A DNA stretch of 64,000 nt, taken from the NCBI GenBank assembly GCA_043798995.1, contig JAZDOD010000004.1, positions 47,860 to 111,859 on the forward strand. The letters are read 5' to 3'. Under the pieces are notes generated by a model, which worked only from the letters and a program-made list of their open reading frames with translations, ran no database searches and was not told the DNA's origin. A program made the position numbers and the translations under genes. Below are positions 56,291 through 64,000 of the stretch, piece after piece. Positions within the stretch are counted from its first letter, which is position 1. Each line of letters opens with the position of its first letter. Source of the stretch: a bacterium. Lineage in GTDB: Bacteria; Patescibacteriota; Patescibacteriia; JAACEG01; JAGUWE01.

Positions 56291-57277
56291 ATGAAAAACA
56301 AAAAAAGATGCTTAAAATTTTATAATTTTAATTTTGGAATATTTATTTTACTAATAAATATAGCTTTTTTTGCTATATTTTTTTTATCGCCGAAAATAAC
56401 ACTGGCTCAAATTAATATTCAAAAATTAATAAACTTGACTAATGATGAACGCTTAAAAAATAATTTGCCAGCTTTAGAGATAAACCCACAACTCGCCCAA
56501 ATAGCCGAAAATAAATGTCAGGATATGATTGAGGAAAATTATTTTGCCCATACTAGTCCTTCTGGTAAAAGATTTTGGCAGTGGTTTAAAGAAGAGAATT
56601 ACAATTATCTTTACGCCGGCGAAAATTTAGCCATGGATTTTTCTGAAAGCGAAGAAGTAGTAAGGGCCTGGCTTGCCAGCGCAACTCATCGAACTAATCT
56701 TTTAAACCCAAAATTCAAGCACATCGGCGTTGCCATTAAAGAAGGATTTATTAATGGCCAGCCGACTATAGCCATTGCCCAAGAATTCGGCGCGCTTAGC
56801 AAATCTCTAACTATCAACCAGCCGGATGATGAAACAGTTTCTAATCAAAGTTATTCTTCTTTTGTTTTGCCGAATTTATTAAATTACCAAAGGGTTGATT
56901 TAGTAATTGAAATGGATAACCAAAAAGAAAATTATAGCCAGCTGATTTATCCTTTCTTCCCCGCTGACAATAAAAATCAAAATTGGCAAATAGCTTTCAA
57001 CTTAGACAAAAATAATCTTTTTGCTTATGAGAATGATCAAACTCAAAAGGATTTAACTTTGCCGTTTTGGGGAAATAAAAAAGAAGTCCTGGGCGAAAGC
57101 TCTTTTAAGACATTCTTTATTGTCGGCGAAAATATTCCGGCCGAAAAAATATATTTCAATCGCCTTTTCTTTCTTGCCGCTCTCTTAATTATTTCGATGG
57201 TCTTGAATTTATTAACTTTAAGCGGCGCTCTTCATCTTAAAAGTAAAAAAAGTAAAATACCAATTGCTAATCTATAA
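56291..57277 (+). CDS. CAP (SCP-like) domain membrane protein
   Basis: LTNDER, YFAHTSP, AGENLA, W.AS.THRTNLL; TM at both ends. Confidence 0.85.
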   Translation: MKNKKRCLKFYNFNFGIFILLINIAFFAIFFLSPKITLAQINIQKLINLTNDERLKNNLPALEINPQLAQIAENKCQDMIEENYFAHTSPSGKRFWQWFKEENYNYLYAGENLAMDFSESEEVVRAWLASATHRTNLLNPKFKHIGVAIKEGFINGQPTIAIAQEFGALSKSLTINQPDDETVSNQSYSSFVLPNLLNYQRVDLVIEMDNQKENYSQLIYPFFPADNKNQNWQIAFNLDKNNLFAYENDQTQKDLTLPFWGNKKEVLGESSFKTFFIVGENIPAEKIYFNRLFFLAALLIISMVLNLLTLSGALHLKSKKSKIPIANL

Positions 57278-58029
57278 AAAGCGAAAATTTTCAGCGAATT
57301 GTTTTTAAGAAATTTCAAAAAATATTTGATGCATAAATAGCCAAAAACGGCCGAAGATAAAAAACCGCCCAAAAGTAAAGTCGCATTAAAACCAGAATCT
57401 AATTTAATTAAATCGTAAAATGATTTTAAGCCCGCAAAAAAAGTAATCGGTATGGCTAATAAAAATGAAAAGCGCGCCGCCTCGTCGCGCTTTAAATTTA
57501 GCCCCAGTCCTGCTATAATGGTAATAGCCGAGCGGGAAACTCCGGGAATAAAAGCTAAAATTTGGGCCAAACCAATAAGAAGAGAATCTGCCCAGCTAAG
57601 TGAAGAAATTTCCCTGTTTTTTTTAAAATAATTATCAAAAATAAAAATGGCTAAACCGCCGGCTATAAAAGCTAAACTAACAAATTCAATTGAACGAAAA
57701 AAAATTTCTATTTTATCGGCCAAAAAAAAACCAACGGTAGCGGCCGGTAAAAAAGCAATTAAAATTAAAAAAACATTTTTCCTTTCCGGTTTATAATCAA
57801 GTGACTTTTTAGAAAAAGCTAAAATGAATTTTTGTAAATCTTTTCTGAAATAAAAAATCAAAGCCACTAAAGTTCCTAAATGCAAAAAAGCATCAAAGGC
57901 CAAGCTATCGAGCAAAGGCGCCTTAAATAAATGATGAAAAATAATTAAATGTCCGGAGCTGGAAATCGGCAAGAATTCCGTCAGCCCCTGAACGGCTCCA
58001 AAAACAATTGATAAAATTATTTCTCCCAT
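57232..58029 (-). CDS. uppP: undecaprenyl-diphosphatase BacA/UppP
   Basis: QGLTEFLPISSSGH, HLGT, PGVSRS, FSFLL. Confidence 0.95.
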   Translation of the reverse strand: MGEIILSIVFGAVQGLTEFLPISSSGHLIIFHHLFKAPLLDSLAFDAFLHLGTLVALIFYFRKDLQKFILAFSKKSLDYKPERKNVFLILIAFLPAATVGFFLADKIEIFFRSIEFVSLAFIAGGLAIFIFDNYFKKNREISSLSWADSLLIGLAQILAFIPGVSRSAITIIAGLGLNLKRDEAARFSFLLAIPITFFAGLKSFYDLIKLDSGFNATLLLGGFLSSAVFGYLCIKYFLKFLKNNSLKIFAFYRLAIGILLFLLLR

Positions 58030-58464
58030 ATGATAACTAATTATTCACTTTTCTTAATCCCCATCATCATCGGGATCAGCTGCCAGGCAATTAAATTAGC
58101 AACTAACAGCATTAAAGGCGATTTTACTTTTAAGCATCTTTTTGATTATGGCGGTATGCCTTCTTCTCACGCGGCTATGGTTACTTCTTTGAGTTTAATT
58201 ATTATGCTGCGGGAAGGAATAAATTCATCGGTTTTTTCTTTATCATTCATTATGGCAATTTTAATCATCAGAGATGCAGTTGGCATTCGCCGACGTATTG
58301 GCAACCAAGCTCATATTACTAACCAATTAGTTGCCCGCTTGCCACAAGATGAACAAAAAAAATATTCTCACCTTTTAGAAACTGTCGGCCACACGGTGCC
58401 AGAAATTACAGTTGGTATAATTTATGGCCTAGTAATAACTTTGGTTTTGAATCTTTTTATCTAA
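58030..58464 (+). CDS. divergent PAP2 family protein (DUF212)
   Basis: Q..K, GGMPSSH, DAVGIRR..G.QA, GHT..E...G. Confidence 0.88.
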   Translation: MITNYSLFLIPIIIGISCQAIKLATNSIKGDFTFKHLFDYGGMPSSHAAMVTSLSLIIMLREGINSSVFSLSFIMAILIIRDAVGIRRRIGNQAHITNQLVARLPQDEQKKYSHLLETVGHTVPEITVGIIYGLVITLVLNLFI

Positions 58465-58469
58465 AAATT

Positions 58470-59333
58470 TTATCGCTGACACTTTTCGCAAAAGTGGGAA
58501 CTGCGGCCGCCGATTTTGACTTTTTTAATCACGCCTCTGCAGCCATAACACTTCTCCCCTTCCCGGCCATAAACCTTAAGATATCTGATAAAATTACCAA
58601 CCTCGCCTTCAACATCAACATAATCCGCAAATGAAGTGCCGCGATGTTTAATTGAATATTTTAAAATTCTGGGAATAACTTGCCAGAGTTTTTTTATTTC
58701 ATTTTCTGACAAGGTTTTAACAATTCTGGTTGGCTTAATCCGGGCCGCAAACAATGCCTCATCCGAATAAATATTGCCAAGACCTGCTAAATATTTTTGT
58801 TCCATCAAGCAAGTTTTAATGGTTGTATTTTTTTTATGGGCTAAAATTTCCTGAAATTTTTCTAAAGTAAATCCTTTGCTTAAAGGCTCAACGCCAAGAT
58901 CAGCTTTTATTTTTTCTAAATTAATCTTGTCAACCAGCTTAATCCAACCAAAGCGACGCACATCATTAAAATAAAGTTTGCTTTGATCATCAAAAATAAA
59001 AATCGCTCTGGTGAATTTATTAGGCAAAGCCTTGCCAATATGAGCGATTGAATGACCGCCGGCAATAATAGCGCCGTGATAGGGGTGATAAACCAACTGA
59101 CCTGTTAATTTAAGATGAATTAATAAAAACTTTTCCTCTGCTAATTCTATTACCACGATTTTTGCCCGCCGACTGATTGATTTAACAATTTTTCCCAAAA
59201 CTTGTTTTAAAAAATCATCTTTTTTTGTGGCTATTACTTTATTGTCTCTTATTTCTATTTGCTTGATTTTTTTACCGGCAATTTTTGTTTTAAGACCGCT
59301 AACAATTGTTTCCACCTCTGGTAATTCCGGCAT
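58470..59333 (-). CDS. mutM: formamidopyrimidine-DNA glycosylase
   Basis: MPELPEVET, HLKLTG, DVRRFG, GLGNIYSDE, CYGC/CEKCQ Zn finger. Confidence 0.96.
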   Translation of the reverse strand: MPELPEVETIVSGLKTKIAGKKIKQIEIRDNKVIATKKDDFLKQVLGKIVKSISRRAKIVVIELAEEKFLLIHLKLTGQLVYHPYHGAIIAGGHSIAHIGKALPNKFTRAIFIFDDQSKLYFNDVRRFGWIKLVDKINLEKIKADLGVEPLSKGFTLEKFQEILAHKKNTTIKTCLMEQKYLAGLGNIYSDEALFAARIKPTRIVKTLSENEIKKLWQVIPRILKYSIKHRGTSFADYVDVEGEVGNFIRYLKVYGREGEKCYGCRGVIKKVKIGGRSSHFCEKCQR

Positions 59334-59337
59334 AAAA

Positions 59338-59388
59338 TTAGTTGTTAGTGGTAAGTTGTTAGTTATTAGTGGTAAGTTGTTAGTTATT
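59338..59388. repeat. heptamer tandem array
   Basis: TTAGTTG TTAGTGG TAAGTTG TTAGTTA TTAGTGG TAAGTTG TTAGTTA. Confidence 0.8.
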
Positions 59389-60984
59389 TCAAATTAAACT
59401 CATTCCTGTCATTTCTTTTGATTTGGGAATACCTAAAAGCTTTAAGATAGTTGGCGCAATGTCTGAAAGAAGCCCGGCGGGTTTTAACAAGCTTAGATCT
59501 TTGCCAACCGCCTCAACGCCAGCGATTGTTTTTCCTTCCCACTCTTTACCAATCAAAAGAAAAGGCACCGGCACGGTGGAATGTTCCTTGTCAATTTCAC
59601 CGGTACGCATATTAATAACTTCTTCGGCATTGCCATGATCAGCAGTAATAACTACAACGCCATTTTTTGATAAAACTAAATTAACAATCTTGCCCAAACA
59701 TTCATCAACCACTTCAACCGCTTTTACCGTGGCTTCAAGATTGCCGGTATGGCCCACCATATCCGGATTGGCAAAATTAACAACAATAAAATCATATTTA
59801 TCTTTGGTCAGCTCTTCTATTATTCGGTTGGTCATTTCATATGCAGACATAGCTGGTGTTTTATCATAAGAACTAACGCGCGGCGAAGGAATAATGGCAT
59901 TATCCTCTCCGGCAAACGGCTCTTCTACTCCCCCGTTAAAAAAATAAGTGATGTGGGCGTACTTTTCTGTCTCGGCAATATGAAGTTGTTTATAACCTCG
60001 GTCGCTTAAAGTTTTAGCCAACGGCTCCTTAACAACTTCTGGCTTAAAAGCAACTTCAACCGGCAGATTATCCTCGTATTCAGTCATAGTCACAAAAAAT
60101 AAATTCTTTAAATAAAAAGGGCGGCTAAATTTTTCAAAACTTGGCAAAACAAAAGCCTTAGTCAATTCTCGCCCCCGGTCAGCTCGGAAATTAAAAAAGA
60201 TAATGGCGTCATTTTCTTTGACAATACCAACCGGCTGATTATTTTTAGTGATAACTGCTGGAATAAATTGTTCATCAAAAATATTTTTCTGATAAGAAAT
60301 ATCAATCGCCTGAGCCGGATCTTCAAAATACTGATCACTTTTACCGCAAGCCATAGCGAGATAAGCCTCCTCAACTCTTTCCCAATGATTATCTCTATCC
60401 ATGGCCCAAAAACGGCCTGAAAGGCTGGCTATCTGACCTAAATCAAGATAATTTAATTTTTCCTGCAGTTTTTCAATTGAATTTTTTGCCTCATTATAGG
60501 CGGTGTCACGGCCATCTAAAATTGCATGAATATAAACTTTGTCAATTTTTTGCGCCTTGATTAAATCCAATAAAGCGTAAAGATGATCAACACTGCTATG
60601 AACTCCGCCGTTAGAAACTAAACCGATAAAATGAAGAGTTGAATTATTGTTCTTAACATGAGCGCAAGCTTTTAAAAAAACTTCATTCTTAAAAAAACTT
60701 TCATCCCAGATGGCGTGGCTAATTCGCGGCAAATCCTGATAGACAATTTTGCCGCCGCCAATATTCATATGCCCGACTTCAGAGCTGCCCATTTTACGCC
60801 AGGGTAGTCCGACCGCTTCACCGGAAGCCTGCAAAGTTAAAACAGGATAATTTTCTATAAAATGATCAAAATTTGGCTTTTTGGCCAAACTGATGGCGTT
60901 ACCTTCGGATGCCGGAGCAACTCCCCAGCCATCCATGATAACCAAAATTAAAGGCGTATTTTTCTTTTTTATTTTTTCAGCCAT
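59389..60984 (-). CDS. gpmI: 2,3-BPG-independent phosphoglycerate mutase (downstream copy)
   Basis: DGWG, GSSEVGH, DGRD, ETEKYAH, NPDMVGH, ADHGN. Confidence 0.93.
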   Translation of the reverse strand: MAEKIKKKNTPLILVIMDGWGVAPASEGNAISLAKKPNFDHFIENYPVLTLQASGEAVGLPWRKMGSSEVGHMNIGGGKIVYQDLPRISHAIWDESFFKNEVFLKACAHVKNNNSTLHFIGLVSNGGVHSSVDHLYALLDLIKAQKIDKVYIHAILDGRDTAYNEAKNSIEKLQEKLNYLDLGQIASLSGRFWAMDRDNHWERVEEAYLAMACGKSDQYFEDPAQAIDISYQKNIFDEQFIPAVITKNNQPVGIVKENDAIIFFNFRADRGRELTKAFVLPSFEKFSRPFYLKNLFFVTMTEYEDNLPVEVAFKPEVVKEPLAKTLSDRGYKQLHIAETEKYAHITYFFNGGVEEPFAGEDNAIIPSPRVSSYDKTPAMSAYEMTNRIIEELTKDKYDFIVVNFANPDMVGHTGNLEATVKAVEVVDECLGKIVNLVLSKNGVVVITADHGNAEEVINMRTGEIDKEHSTVPVPFLLIGKEWEGKTIAGVEAVGKDLSLLKPAGLLSDIAPTILKLLGIPKSKEMTGMSLI

Positions 60985-60988
60985 AAAA

Positions 60989-62548
60989 TTAGATGATTAA
61001 ACTTGCGCCTGTCATTTCTTGGGTTATTTTATGATCCATCAAATTAAGAATGGTTGGCGAAATGTCTGCTAAAATTCCTTTGTCTTTTAATTTTATTTTA
61101 TTTTTAGAAAAAGGTTTATTGATTAAAATAAAAGGTGCTAAATTAGAAGTGTGTTGAGTATCGGCTTCGCCTGTTTTTAAATTAATCATTTCCTCGGCAT
61201 TGCCGTGATCGGCGGTAACAATTAATGTTCCATTTCTTTTTAACAGAACCCTCGCTATTTGTCCAACACAGTTATCGACAACTTCGCAGGCACGAATAAC
61301 GGCTTTGAGATTGCCGGTATGGCCCACCATATCCGGATTGGCAAAGTTAATGGCAATGAAATCAAAAGAATCTTTTCTAAGATAATTGATAACTTTTTTG
61401 GTAATCTCCTTGGCGCTCATTTCGGGCTGCTGGTCGTAATGATCAATTTTAGGCGACGGCATTAAAATTCTCTCTTCTTTGGCTACCGGATGATCATAGC
61501 CGCCGTTAAAAAAATAGGTCATGTGAGCGTATTTTTCAGTTTCGGCAATGTATAACTGCCTTAAATCTTTCAGTTTTATTGGCAAAGTAGCTTCCAAGTC
61601 GTGGCCGGGAAAAGCCGTCAGAATGCCGGGTAAATCAGGGCCAAAATCAGTCATAGCCACAAAACATAAATTTTTTAAAATTTTTTTTCGCTTAAAACCG
61701 ATGAATTTTTTCTGGACAAAAGCTTTAGTCAGTTGCCTGGCCCGATCAGATCTTAAATTATAAAAAATAACGGCATCGTTATGAGAGATGCTGGCAATCG
61801 GTTTAATCTTATTTTTTTTCTTTTCAATAATAACACTTGGCGAAATAAATTCATCAGTTTGACCGTGTTTATAGCCGGCCAAAATCGCATCTTCGGCTGA
61901 TTTAAATTTCAAACCTTCGCCTAAAACTAAGGCGTTATAAGCTTTTTGGGTATTGGCCCAGGCCTTTTTTCTGTCCATGGCGTAAAAACGGCCCATTATC
62001 GTTGCGATTCTTTCATGGTTTCGCAGATAATATTTTAGCCGTTTTAAATAGCTATTGGCCGCCTGTTGTGGCGAATCGCGGCCGTCAGTAAAAAGATGGA
62101 GATATACTTCTACTTTATGAAATTTCATTAAAGTCAAAAGAGCAATTAAATGGTCAAAGTCAACGTGGGCTGATTGTTCGCCGCTTAGCAGTCCCATTAA
62201 ATGCAATTTTGATTTAAACCGTCTGACCTGATCAATGGCTGATTTAAAAGCCGAATTTTTAAAAAAAGTGCCGTCGTTGATACTTTGGGCAATATAAACC
62301 GCGTCTTGAGGCACAACCCTGCCGGCGCCGATATTCATATGCCCGGCTTCAGAATTGCCAACCTGTTTTTTAGACAAACCCACGCATTCTCCTGAAGCGC
62401 AAAGCTTGGTCCAAGGATATTTTTTATAAAAATTATCCATGTTGGGCGTTTTGGCCAAAGTTATGGCATTACCTTTACTTGACGGCGCCAATCCCCAACC
62501 GTCAAGGATGGCGAGGACAAAAGGCGAGGCTTTCCCATTAAAAGACAT
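60989..62548 (-). CDS. gpmI: 2,3-BPG-independent phosphoglycerate mutase (upstream copy)
   Basis: DGWG, GNSEAGH, DGRD, ETEKYAH, NPDMVGH, ADHGN. Confidence 0.93.
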   Translation of the reverse strand: MSFNGKASPFVLAILDGWGLAPSSKGNAITLAKTPNMDNFYKKYPWTKLCASGECVGLSKKQVGNSEAGHMNIGAGRVVPQDAVYIAQSINDGTFFKNSAFKSAIDQVRRFKSKLHLMGLLSGEQSAHVDFDHLIALLTLMKFHKVEVYLHLFTDGRDSPQQAANSYLKRLKYYLRNHERIATIMGRFYAMDRKKAWANTQKAYNALVLGEGLKFKSAEDAILAGYKHGQTDEFISPSVIIEKKKNKIKPIASISHNDAVIFYNLRSDRARQLTKAFVQKKFIGFKRKKILKNLCFVAMTDFGPDLPGILTAFPGHDLEATLPIKLKDLRQLYIAETEKYAHMTYFFNGGYDHPVAKEERILMPSPKIDHYDQQPEMSAKEITKKVINYLRKDSFDFIAINFANPDMVGHTGNLKAVIRACEVVDNCVGQIARVLLKRNGTLIVTADHGNAEEMINLKTGEADTQHTSNLAPFILINKPFSKNKIKLKDKGILADISPTILNLMDHKITQEMTGASLII

Positions 62549-62562
62549 AATAAAAAAAATTA

Positions 62563-63861
62563 TTAACCTAATTTCAACTCCTCTTCAATCTCCATTAAGC
62601 GGTTATATTTTGCCACTCTTTCACCGCGCGAAGGAGCGCCAGCTTTGATGTGGTCAGCGCCGCAAGCCACGGCCAAATCAGCAATAAAATCATCCGTGGT
62701 TTCGCCGCTGCGGTGTGAAACAATGACTTGGTAATTATTTTTCTTGGCTAAATTAACGCAGGCGACTGTTTCGGTTAAAGTGCCGATCTGATTAGGTTTA
62801 ATAATAATGCCGTTAGCCACGCGCTTCTCAATCCCCTTTTTAAGCCGAGCGGTATTAGTCACAAACAAATCATCGCCGACCACCATCATTTCTTCACCTA
62901 AAAGTTCGGTTAATTCCTGCCAACCCTCCCAATCATCTTGGCCCAAACCATCTTCTAAATAAATAATCGGGTAAGTTCTGAACCATTCATAATAAAGACC
63001 GACTAAAGTAATGTTGGAAAAAGCGGCTTGATCTAATCGAAAAATATAACGTTTTTTATCCTCGTTATATAAAATAGACGAACCAACATCAATGCCTAAA
63101 GACATATCAACTCCGGGAGTCAGCCCGGCGCGAATAATGGCGGCTAAAATCATTTCCAGCGCCTGAACCGAAGAAAAAATATCCGGCGCATAACCGCCCT
63201 CATTGCCAACATCGGTATCAAAGCCACGCTCTTTTAAAACCTTGCCCAAAGCATGAAAAACCTCCGAGCCATGACGAACTTTTTCCTTAAACGTCGATGG
63301 CTTAGCTTTACCGGTATTTTGTTTTTCTGCTTCCGGAATAACCATAAATTCTTGAAAATCTAAATTAGTATCAGCATGTTTGCCCCCGTTAAAAATATTG
63401 AACATCGGGATTGGCAAAATATATTTTGTTTCTTTAATGGCAAAACATTTTCTTAGATAACGGTAAAGAGGAAGCTTAGCGCTCATAGCCGCAGTTCTTG
63501 CGCAAGCCAAGGAAACGCCCAGAATCGCATTAGCGCCCAATTTTCTTTTGTTTAATGTCCCATCAACCTTTTTCATAATTTCATCGATTCGCAACTGGTC
63601 CCGCACATCCTTGCCGCGCAAAGTCCGCGCAAGTATTGTATTAACGTTGCCGGCGGCTTTTAAAACTCCTTTGCCGGAGTAACGGCGTGGATCTTTGTCG
63701 CGCAGTTCCCAGGCTTCAAATTTGCCGGTTGAAGCGCCAGAAGGCACCGAGGCCTTGGCAACATTGCCGTCGGTCAATTCCAAGCGGACTTCCAAAGTTG
63801 GCTCGGCGCGCGAGTCCAAAATTTCGCGAGCCGAAAGTTTTTTGATTTTAAATGAGGGCAT
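62563..63861 (-). CDS. eno: enolase
   Basis: REILDSR, VPSGASTG, GANAILGVS, VGDDLF, SHRSGET, KYNRL. Confidence 0.96.
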   Translation of the reverse strand: MPSFKIKKLSAREILDSRAEPTLEVRLELTDGNVAKASVPSGASTGKFEAWELRDKDPRRYSGKGVLKAAGNVNTILARTLRGKDVRDQLRIDEIMKKVDGTLNKRKLGANAILGVSLACARTAAMSAKLPLYRYLRKCFAIKETKYILPIPMFNIFNGGKHADTNLDFQEFMVIPEAEKQNTGKAKPSTFKEKVRHGSEVFHALGKVLKERGFDTDVGNEGGYAPDIFSSVQALEMILAAIIRAGLTPGVDMSLGIDVGSSILYNEDKKRYIFRLDQAAFSNITLVGLYYEWFRTYPIIYLEDGLGQDDWEGWQELTELLGEEMMVVGDDLFVTNTARLKKGIEKRVANGIIIKPNQIGTLTETVACVNLAKKNNYQVIVSHRSGETTDDFIADLAVACGADHIKAGAPSRGERVAKYNRLMEIEEELKLG

Positions 63862-63878
63862 AGGTTTATTTTTTAATT

Positions 63879-64000
63879 TTAATTCCTAAAAAATTTATTA
63901 ATAAACTTTTTAATGTATCTGATAATAAAAATTAGAAGACAAAAACCAAAATAGAAAATAATAAAATCTATAAAAACGAAATATTTAGGAGGATCTAAGT
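63879..64000 (-). CDS. 3' end of a membrane protein cut off by the window edge
   Basis: open frame ...LDPPKYFVFIDFIIFYFGFCLLIFIIRYIKKFINKFFRN*. Confidence 0.4.
   Translation of the reverse strand, partial: LDPPKYFVFIDFIIFYFGFCLLIFIIRYIKKFINKFFRN

Noticed and set aside
32281-59388. Possible CRISPR array among the repeats
   Set aside because: There is no constant repeat with unique, evenly sized spacers, and no cas genes.
1647-63889. Many 60-127 aa antisense or alternate-frame ORFs
   Set aside because: They shadow well-supported genes and have no motifs or start signals.

Overview
Low-GC bacterial chromosome segment in the standard code (TGA is used as a stop). Gene content and style point to a Patescibacteria/CPR (Parcubacteria-like) genome (inference): a minimal group 3b-type NiFe hydrogenase cluster, tandem gpmI plus eno, and mostly SD-less AT-rich starts. 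About 57 CDS, mostly housekeeping: gdhA, clpB with a perfect CIRCE box, priA, fmt, mreB, dnaB, recR, rplU, rpmA, lepA, murJ/B/C/G, a MacAB-like exporter, mltG, pcm, uppP, mutM, gpmI x2 and eno. I found no rRNA, tRNA, CRISPR array, transposase or integrase. The most unusual signal is non-genic: a dense set of nested palindromic micro-elements. These include a 30-bp double-hairpin unit (6-3-6 + 6-3-6) that keeps its structure while its sequence changes, 7-bp tandem arrays, TGTCAT...ATGACA elements and MITE-like inverted repeats. Several copies sit inside open reading frames (hydrogenase gamma subunit, murB twice, fmt, priA). Also notable: a TrpR/YerC-like gene bracketed by a shared palindrome inside the mur operon, and a candidate standalone structured small RNA. 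All calls come from reading motifs by eye; no searches were run.
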